Of a DNA stretch of 33,295 bases, positions 27,293 through 33,295 are shown in pieces. Position 1 is the first letter of the stretch; each line of letters starts with the position of its first letter. The DNA is taken from positions 1 to 33,295 of the forward strand of contig JAWBWS010000005.1 in the NCBI GenBank assembly GCA_038999725.1. The letters run 5' to 3'. Both the position numbers and the translations under genes were made by a program. The notes below the pieces were generated by a model that had not been told where the DNA came from, did no database searches, and saw only the letters and a list, made by a program, of their open reading frames with translations. The stretch is from Candidatus Aenigmatarchaeota archaeon (GTDB lineage: Archaea > Aenigmatarchaeota > Aenigmatarchaeia > CG10238-14 > SCSR01).

Positions 27293-27907
27293 TCAGAATA
27301 AAATCTTTTTTACCTCATTTAGTATAGCTTCAAAAACTTCATCTTTTGTTTTACTGCCATCTACAACCACAATTTTCTCGTCTTTCAAGATTTTCCTCAA
27401 GTTTAAAAAATTTTTCCTCACTTTTTTCAAGAACTCAACTTTCTCAAACTTCTTTCTTTCTTTAGGCTTTCTCCCCTTATCTTTTTCTATTCTCTCTACA
27501 GCAAGTCTGGGATCAAGATCAATTATTATGGTTAAATCAGGCTTGATGAATTTTTTATTCAACTCAAGAAGAAATTCCAACTCAAGACCTTGAGCTTGTT
27601 GGTAAGCTAGAGTTGAGTGATAGTAACGATCTGAAATCACAATTTTACCTTGCTCCAAAGCTGGAATAACAACTTTCTTCAAGTGCTCTTCCCTATCAGC
27701 AGCGAAGAGAAAAGCATCAACCAAAGGTAAATCAACTTCTTTAAGGTATTTCTTCGTGAGCAAGCTGCCAATATCACCATCTGTTGGCTCGTGAGTTAGA
27801 ATTGAATCAATTTTGTTTTTCTGGAGAAAATCGAAGAGAAGCTTTGATTGCAAGCTTTTGCCTGAGCCATCTATGCCTTCGAGAACTATGAAAACTCCTT
27901 TTGGCAT
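27293..27907 (-). CDS. tmk: Thymidylate kinase
   Basis: FIVLEGIDGSGKS, EPT, ADR and SDRY..S..AYQ motifs. Start re-assigned to MPKG at 27907. Confidence 0.94.
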   Translation of the reverse strand: MPKGVFIVLEGIDGSGKSLQSKLLFDFLQKNKIDSILTHEPTDGDIGSLLTKKYLKEVDLPLVDAFLFAADREEHLKKVVIPALEQGKIVISDRYYHSTLAYQQAQGLELEFLLELNKKFIKPDLTIIIDLDPRLAVERIEKDKGRKPKERKKFEKVEFLKKVRKNFLNLRKILKDEKIVVVDGSKTKDEVFEAILNEVKKILF

Positions 27908-27957
27908 AAAGATTTTTTTGTTTGTTTTGTAATAAAAAGTTTCCGGCAAAAATCAAA

Positions 27958-28043
27958 AGCCCTGGACGGGATTTGAACCCGTGACCCCGTTTGTAAGTTT
28001 TCTGCTTACCATGCACGTGCTCTACCAACTGAGCTACCAGGGC
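27958..28043 (-). tRNA. tRNA-Thr(GGU) with a 13-nt non-canonical intron at 40/41 (27991..28003)
   Basis: GCCCTGG/CCAGGGC acceptor stem. Removing AGAAAACTTACAA restores CGTGC-ATGGTAA-GCACG. BHB: GTAA/TTAC helix with GCA and AAA bulges. Confidence 0.9.
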
Positions 28044-28082
28044 TTCTATCTTAATTTAAACACCAAGAAATAAATTCATGAG

Positions 28083-28153
28083 TGGGTCCGAGGAGAATTG
28101 AACTCCTTCCTTCACCGTGTCAGGGTGACGTCCTACCGTTAGACTACGGACCC
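28083..28153 (-). tRNA. tRNA-Val(GAC)
   Basis: GGGTCCG/CGGACCC acceptor stem, TCACC-CTGACAC-GGTGA anticodon arm, AGGAG-TTCAATT-CTCCT T arm. Confidence 0.93.
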
Positions 28154-28164
28154 TTTAATAAAAA

Positions 28165-28671
28165 TTAAATTTTATATAAATAAGAATAAAAGTGCCCTGT
28201 TTTTATTCTTTTCACTTCTTTCAAACCAGGGAAAATATGAGATGCAGAAACTATTCTTGTTCCCTTCTTCAGTTCTTTTTTCAACTTTGGAACAAGCTTT
28301 TCGTTTTGCTTTTTTGAAAGGTAAGCTGTTATCACAGTAGCCTTGCTTAAATTTACATCAAAATAATTTTTCTCCATAATCTTGATTTTATCTTGTAAGC
28401 CTGCTCTTTTTATTCTCCACCTGCAAATTGCAGCAAGCAAAGCACTTCTTTCTATGCCAACAGCTTTACAGCCAAATTCTTTCGCTGCTATTATCACAAC
28501 TCTTCCATCTCCTGCTCCTAAATCATAGAGCAAATCCTTTTTGCTGACTTTAGCAAGTTTTAGCATTTTCCTTATTGTTGATTTTGGTAAGGGAATGTAA
28601 ATTGCTTCATCCAGAATTAGTTTTATCCAAAAGTAAAGGAGAAATGGAAGAAGTAAAAGCAAGAAATTCAT
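28165..28671 (-). CDS. Class I SAM-dependent methyltransferase with N-terminal membrane anchor (FAM173/DOT1-like small family)
   Basis: YIP...MLKLA...YDLGAGDGRVVI...GIE...GTRIVS motifs. Start re-assigned to MNFLLL (GGGGT SD-like sequence upstream). Confidence 0.85.
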   Translation of the reverse strand: MNFLLLLLPFLLYFWIKLILDEAIYIPLPKSTIRKMLKLAKVSKKDLLYDLGAGDGRVVIIAAKEFGCKAVGIERSALLAAICRWRIKRAGLQDKIKIMEKNYFDVNLSKATVITAYLSKKQNEKLVPKLKKELKKGTRIVSASHIFPGLKEVKRIKTGHFYSYLYKI

Positions 28672-28834
28672 CTTACCCCACTTTAAACCAATTGACTTAA
28701 TATTCATTTTTATTTTGAAACTAAAAAATGTCTCCACTTGTAGTAGTGCTCTCGGTGAGAACATGTTTTTTTCTCAATTCCCACAGGCTAATATTGTTTT
28801 TCAGGAACTTAAAAAAGAGTTTAAAATGAAGATT

Positions 28835-29287
28835 TCAACTAGAACTATGTGTTAATTTCTCTATCAATTTTCTAGGTATTTTTAATAAATACACCATACT
28901 CGTTGCAAATCCTGATATCACACTTGCCCCAAAGAGAGAAAGCATTGAGAATGGATATATTTTCCTTATTATAGCATCAGAGAGTATTTCTTTAGTGTAG
29001 GGAGTTGTGGAGACCACAGTTTCATATCCCCTTGGTATGGGGATAGTATAATTACCAGGATGTGTTTTGATATACTCACCAACTGTTATATTTTCTCCAC
29101 CAGTAGGAATCATTACATTTGCTGGTTGGTTCATAATTACTGTCTGGACCGAAACATATGGTGCTGTAATATCGAATTTCACCAACTTTTTCAACTGATA
29201 GAGCTTCATTGCTAGAAGTTCTCTGAATAAAAGTCCTAAACCATATACCCCACCCGCTACTGCTGTATATAAAACAATTGATCCCAC
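28835..29287 (-). CDS. Hypothetical membrane protein
   Basis: 150 aa with hydrophobic segments at both ends; start uncertain. Confidence 0.5.
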   Translation of the reverse strand: MGSIVLYTAVAGGVYGLGLLFRELLAMKLYQLKKLVKFDITAPYVSVQTVIMNQPANVMIPTGGENITVGEYIKTHPGNYTIPIPRGYETVVSTTPYTKEILSDAIIRKIYPFSMLSLFGASVISGFATSMVYLLKIPRKLIEKLTHSSS

Positions 29288-29341
29288 AATGCTCTACGCC
29301 ATTGAGGAATAGTAAAACCACCTTCATCGAATAAAACTTCA

Positions 29342-29899
29342 ATTTTAATACATTTTGTTTTCTTTACAAAAGAAGATTATTTAAAAATTCCTAAGTTACA
29401 TGCATTTACATTTTCTAAGTTTAATGAATACCTTTATGGCCCATTTGCACCTCAGGAAATAAGAAACATTGAAAAAATAAATTTAAACGACATTTTAAAC
29501 GAAATGGAAGGTATCAATTCATCTCTTGATATGATAAAGAATCTAAGGCTACCATATTTAGAATATGAAGTTAGTGGTAAAGAGTGTGTATTGAGGCCCA
29601 AAATAGAGTCTATATCCAATAAAGAAATGCTTGAAATCATTTATCATTCTATCAAATGGAGTATTACTAACATTCTTTATGCCTTTGATTATAATGATTT
29701 AACTAATTTTAACATAAAGGACTCATATGAGTTACTAAAGCAGGAATTAAGAAAAAAAGGTATTTCAGAATTCGAGCTGAATAATTTTAATACTTTCCTC
29801 AAAGATTTGGAAAATATATATAAAGATTATAGAGAAAAAGGAATATCAATTGAAAGGGACGAAATCGAGAAAGAGAGAAAAATTCAATTGATTTTTTAA
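29342..29899 (+). pseudogene. Hypothetical, probably 5'-truncated gene; upstream open frame has a YLYGPF motif reminiscent of DUF4065/Panacea
   Basis: The frame of ORF 29504..29899 stays open back to 29306 without a start codon and reads ...FVSLQKE...FNEYLYGPFAPQEI... Confidence 0.35.
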
Positions 29900-29904
29900 C
29901 ATTA

Positions 29905-30315
29905 TTAAGAAAAATACTCTATAACCTCTCCAGGCAAGTTTTCAATTAAACTTTTTTCAAGAAATTTTAGCACTTCATTTTTTTCTCACCCATTTAGTTT
30001 CTTCTATTTCTTCGCTTTTTTTAATTTTACTATTTATGGGCGAACATAAAAACCAAAAGAAATTTAAAACAAGATTTTCATTAACACTCTTTCTTACAAT
30101 ACTTATTATTTTTTTATTTTTATTTCCAACCCCAATTCTTCTCTAATTTCTCTCATTAAAGCTTCCTCTTTTGTTTCATTATTTTTCATCTTCCCTCCAG
30201 GTATGTGCCAATTTCCTTCTATACCCATGGGGTGTTTTTTCTTTAGGGATTTTTTTGCCAGTAGAATTTTATTGTTTTGCTCTATTATACCACACACAAC
30301 ATTGATTTCTTTCAT
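29905..30315 (-). pseudogene. Nudix hydrolase (MutT-like) interrupted by two homopolymer frameshifts
   Basis: Nudix box GGKMKNNETKEEALMREIREELG. Adding one A at the A7 run 30109..30115 and removing one at the A7 run 29978..29984 gives a 136-aa protein (...FFWFLC...EETKWV...EYFS*). Confidence 0.8.
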
Positions 30316-30358
30316 ACAAATACCATAAGCAACTAAAAATATAAAGTTTCTATTAATT

Positions 30359-30616
30359 TCATGAAAGATTCTTTGTCCATTTGTCTTCATAACCGCAAAA
30401 CAAAGCCAAATTTCCAGTTTGCTTCAAAACTCTTTTGAACTCTTTAGCAAGGAATATCTTTTCTTTGTGGCTCAAGCCTTGCATGTATGCTGTGTTGTCA
30501 TAAGGAGAATCTGTTAGAATAAGGTCTATGCTTTCGCTAGGTATTAATTTTATCTGCTCGAATGCATCCCCACAAATCAACCATACGTTAGATTCTTCCA
30601 GACCCATGCTTCCCAA
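30359..30616 (-). pseudogene. N-terminal fragment of an N6/N4 DNA methyltransferase (beta class)
   Basis: GDAFE...SESIDLILTDSPY (DPPY-like) and KRVLK..G; truncated at about 85 aa with no FxGxG motif. Confidence 0.8.
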
Positions 30617-30733
30617 CTTCCTTCAGGAGGAAGCATGGGTCATTCCGCTTCATTCCTTGATTTTTCCGCTGGACATTCCGCTTAAGTTTCAAGAAATGGC
30701 AGAAAGCGAAAAGCATATAAAGATTAGCAAGGA

Positions 30734-30831
30734 CGCCTAGGGTGGGATTTGAACCCACACGGTCTTTCGACCACCAGCTTAGCAGATTCGCCTAAAATTC
30801 TGGCGCCTTAACCAGATTCGGCCACCTAGGC
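30734..30831 (-). tRNA. tRNA-Ser(GCU) with a 13-nt non-canonical intron at 30/31 (30787..30799)
   Basis: GCCTAGG/CCTAGGC acceptor stem, G discriminator, long variable arm GGTC-GAAA-GACC. Removing AATTTTAGGCGAA gives CCAGT-CTGCTAA-GCTGG. Relaxed BHB with CGCC/GGCG helix. Confidence 0.88.
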
Positions 30832-30900
30832 ACTAAAAATATTTTATAAACAAAAGCTTATTTAATATTTAAACATAATTTTATTAAGGAGGAATGAAAA

Positions 30901-31206
30901 ATGCCGATTAATGTAAAAAATGTGGCAGATTTGTTTGGTAAAGATGTTTTTACTGCAAAAGGCTTTTACTGCGGCAAAGTTTCTGATGTGGAGCTCGACT
31001 TGTCAAGATTCAAGATAAGAAGCTTAGTGGTAGAAGCTGCGAGGGAGGGTTTCTTGGGCAAAACTTTGGGAGGCAAAAAGGGAGTGATAGTTCCATATCC
31101 CATGGTTCAAGCTGTTGGAGACATAGTTATAATTAAACACATATCTCTACCAGAGATGCAGGAAGAAGCTAAAGAATTTACAGAAGAAATGATAGAGGAA
31201 GTTTAA
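30901..31206 (+). CDS. PRC-barrel domain protein (CdpB-like)
   Basis: GKDVFT.KG...GKVSDV...IVPY..V.AVGDIVII PRC-barrel pattern; AGGAGG SD. Confidence 0.88.
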   Translation: MPINVKNVADLFGKDVFTAKGFYCGKVSDVELDLSRFKIRSLVVEAAREGFLGKTLGGKKGVIVPYPMVQAVGDIVIIKHISLPEMQEEAKEFTEEMIEEV

Positions 31207-31334
31207 GGTCTTTTGCAGTTTGAGGTACGAGATTATTTTTCCCAACTATCTGTAGGTCTTGTAAATCTCAAACAGCTTACCATGTGTTAAATATTTAAAA
31301 TCTCAAGACGAAAAATATAAGGGTGAAAAATTGA

Positions 31335-31390
31335 GAGGCGGTCGTCAAAATAATAGTTGATGAAGCTTGTTCTGAGATTTGGCCGGCCTC
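31335..31390 (+). ncRNA. Candidate small structured RNA or leader element with a box C/D-like motif
   Basis: GC-rich stem GAGGC../..GCCTC enclosing TGATGAA...TTCTGA; TATA-like TTTAAAA at 31294. Confidence 0.35.
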
Positions 31391-31493
31391 CACTAGATTA
31401 AAAAAATTGAAAATAGTTCTTTTTAGCTTAAGGTATGGTTTGGATACATCATTCCTACAGCATTTTATCTTAAGAAAATAAATAGGTGATTGT

Positions 31494-32780
31494 ATGGATA
31501 TAGCTGAAATATTGAAAGGAAGGGGAGGAGAAGTTGAGATTAAAGGCTGGGTTCACAACAAGCGTAGCTCGGGTGGAATTCTCTTCCTTATAGTAAGGGA
31601 TGGTACAGGTTTCATCCAATGCACTTTAAGAAAAGACCAGATAAGTGAAAAAACCTTTGAAGAAATTGAAAAGTTGCCTCTAGAATCAGCGATAGAAATT
31701 TTTGGTAAAGCAAAAAAAGATGAAAGGGCACCTTATGGATATGAAATAGTAATAGAAAAAATAAATGTGATTAGTAAGCCTATAGAAAAATTCCCAATAG
31801 GAAAGAAATATCATGGCCCAGAATTTCTTTTAGATAATAGACATCTTTGGATAAGAAGTAAGAAGATGAATAGGATAATGAAAGTTAGAGCTAAAGTCTT
31901 GGAAGCTGCAAGAGAATGGTTTAAAGAACATGGCTACTTGGAAGTTCAAGTGCCAACAATAGTTGGTGCTGCTTGTGAAGGAGGCTCTACTTTATTTGAG
32001 ATAAAATACTTTGACACCAAGGCCTACTTAACTCAATCTTGGCAATTGTATGGAGAAGCTATGATATTTGGTTGTGGAAGATGCTATACAATAGCTCCAT
32101 CATTTAGGGCAGAAAAATCTAAAACAAGGAGACATTTAACAGAATTTTGGCATCTTGAAGCTGAGATGCCTTTTTGTGGTTTTGAAGAATTGATGAAAAT
32201 TGAAGAAGAATTAGTAACTTATATTCTTCAAAAAGTTGCTAGGGAGTGTGAAGTTGAATTGAAGGAGTTGGGAAGAAATCCTGAAGATTTGTTAAAGATG
32301 AAGCCTCCCTTCCCAAGGATAAGATATGAGGAAGCTATAAAGATTTTGAAGGAGAAAGGAGTAAAAATAGAGTATGGAGATGATTTAGGAGCTGATGAAG
32401 AAAGAATTTTAGCTCTCCAATTTCAAACCCCATTTTTTGTAACACATTTCCCAAAAGGAATAAAAGCTTTCTATCATAAACCAGACCCACAAAATCCAGA
32501 TGTAACTTTAAGTGTTGATATGCTCGCACCAGAAGGGTATGGTGAGATAATTGGGTCTGGAGAAAGAATTGAAAGTTTTGAGGAATTAATGAAAAGGATA
32601 GAAGAGGAAAAGCTTGATATCTCCGCCTACAAATGGTATCTAGATTTGAGGAAATATGGCTCTGTACAACATTCAGGTTTTGGTTTGGGAATTGAAAGAA
32701 TTGTGATGTGGATTTGTAAACTTAAGCACATAAGAGATGCCACCGCTTTCCCAAGATTGATAAATAGGATATATCCATAA
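31494..32780 (+). CDS. asnS: Asparagine--tRNA ligase
   Basis: OB-fold RDGTGFIQ, CEGGSTLF, YLTQSWQLY, FRAEKSKTRRHLTEFW, GEIIGSGER and GFGLGIER motifs. Confidence 0.93.
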   Translation: MDIAEILKGRGGEVEIKGWVHNKRSSGGILFLIVRDGTGFIQCTLRKDQISEKTFEEIEKLPLESAIEIFGKAKKDERAPYGYEIVIEKINVISKPIEKFPIGKKYHGPEFLLDNRHLWIRSKKMNRIMKVRAKVLEAAREWFKEHGYLEVQVPTIVGAACEGGSTLFEIKYFDTKAYLTQSWQLYGEAMIFGCGRCYTIAPSFRAEKSKTRRHLTEFWHLEAEMPFCGFEELMKIEEELVTYILQKVARECEVELKELGRNPEDLLKMKPPFPRIRYEEAIKILKEKGVKIEYGDDLGADEERILALQFQTPFFVTHFPKGIKAFYHKPDPQNPDVTLSVDMLAPEGYGEIIGSGERIESFEELMKRIEEEKLDISAYKWYLDLRKYGSVQHSGFGLGIERIVMWICKLKHIRDATAFPRLINRIYP

Positions 32781-32794
32781 AAATGTTAAACTAT

Positions 32795-32866
32795 GCCCTC
32801 GTAGCTCAGTGGTAGAGCACCCGGCTGTTAACCGGTAGGTCGTGGGTTCAAATCCCACCGAGGGCG
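32795..32866 (+). tRNA. tRNA-Asn(GUU)
   Basis: GCCCTCG/CGAGGGC acceptor stem, CCGG-CTGTTAA-CCGG anticodon arm, TTCAAAT T loop. Confidence 0.96.
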
Positions 32867-32924
32867 TGCTTATTTCTTCAATTCCCATTTGGCATTTATA
32901 AGCAAGCAGAATAAGGCTAAAAGC

Positions 32925-33295
32925 ATGGAAGATTTGTATAATCGTGAGAGAAAGATAAAATCGAACCTAGAAGCTATAAAGAAAATGGATTCAAAAACTT
33001 ATGAAAAAGTTTTAGAATTCATCACAAAGCTTGAAGCAAACAACTATTCAAAAGGCAGGATAGAAAAGTATGCATGTTTTTTGAGAACATTAAGAAAGTT
33101 TTTAGGCAAAGATTTTTCTGAAGCAAGCAAGGAAGATATTGAAAACCTTGTTGTGAAGATAAATAACTCTGATTATTCAGAAGCTTCAAAATCGGATTTC
33201 AAGAAAATTCTGAAATTTTACATGAGGTGGCTTAAGTTTGGAAAGCTTGATGGGAAATATCCTGAAGAAGTAGAATGGATTAAAACAACAATCAA
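32925..33295 (+). CDS. Probable tyrosine recombinase/integrase, N-terminal SAM-like region, partial (runs off the right edge)
   Basis: Translated by hand: MEDLYNRE...SKGRIEKY...GKDFSEASKEDIE...YSEASKSDFKKILKFYMRWL...PEEVEWIK. Resembles N-termini of archaeal tRNA-adjacent integrases; 58 nt after tRNA-Asn; TATA TTTATAAG at 32895. The catalytic domain is not visible. Confidence 0.72.
   Translation, partial: MEDLYNRERKIKSNLEAIKKMDSKTYEKVLEFITKLEANNYSKGRIEKYACFLRTLRKFLGKDFSEASKEDIENLVVKINNSDYSEASKSDFKKILKFYMRWLKFGKLDGKYPEEVEWIKTTI

Noticed and set aside
27807..28028. 73-aa ORF over tRNA-Thr (and 32673..32888 over tRNA-Asn)
   Set aside because: Translations of tRNA sequence, not real CDS.
28741..28790. 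Small hairpin (TGAGAA/TTCTCA) upstream of the methyltransferase as a riboswitch or H/ACA RNA
   Set aside because: Too little pairing and no recognisable conserved motif.
29288..29302. In-frame ATG-GCG-TAG upstream of ORF 28835..29287 as amber readthrough
   Set aside because: Single instance in a decaying region; other genes here end in TAG normally and no pyrrolysine machinery is visible.
1..33295. CRISPR array, rRNA or IS element
   Set aside because: No regularly spaced repeats, rRNA-like stretch or transposase ORF seen.

Overview
AT-rich archaeal chromosomal window. The archaeal call rests on TATA-type promoters about 25 nt before start codons, BHB-type tRNA introns, Taw1, Lhr, oapABC and a PRC-barrel protein. 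The compact genes suggest a DPANN-like lineage, which is inference only. Most of the window is housekeeping: taw1, glnA, smc-scpA with a separate scpB, tandem-domain thyX, uppP, oapABC, a P-type IIA ATPase, nth, lhr, a rhomboid protease, tmk and asnS. There are six tRNA genes, three with introns, two of them 13-nt introns at non-canonical positions. A decayed accessory islet (MTase fragment, doubly frameshifted Nudix gene) lies 3' of tRNA-Ser, and an integrase-like gene starts just after tRNA-Asn at the right edge. Most notable items: (i) an unannotated ~250-nt structured RNA candidate with its own TATA box and a textbook kink-turn just downstream of oapABC; (ii) an SMC with roughly half-length coiled-coil arms, translationally coupled to a small unannotated CdrS/aCcr1-like ribbon-helix-helix gene; (iii) unusual tRNA introns, one forming a perfect hairpin that competes with its own splice structure. 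All protein calls come from motif recognition by eye; no searches were run.
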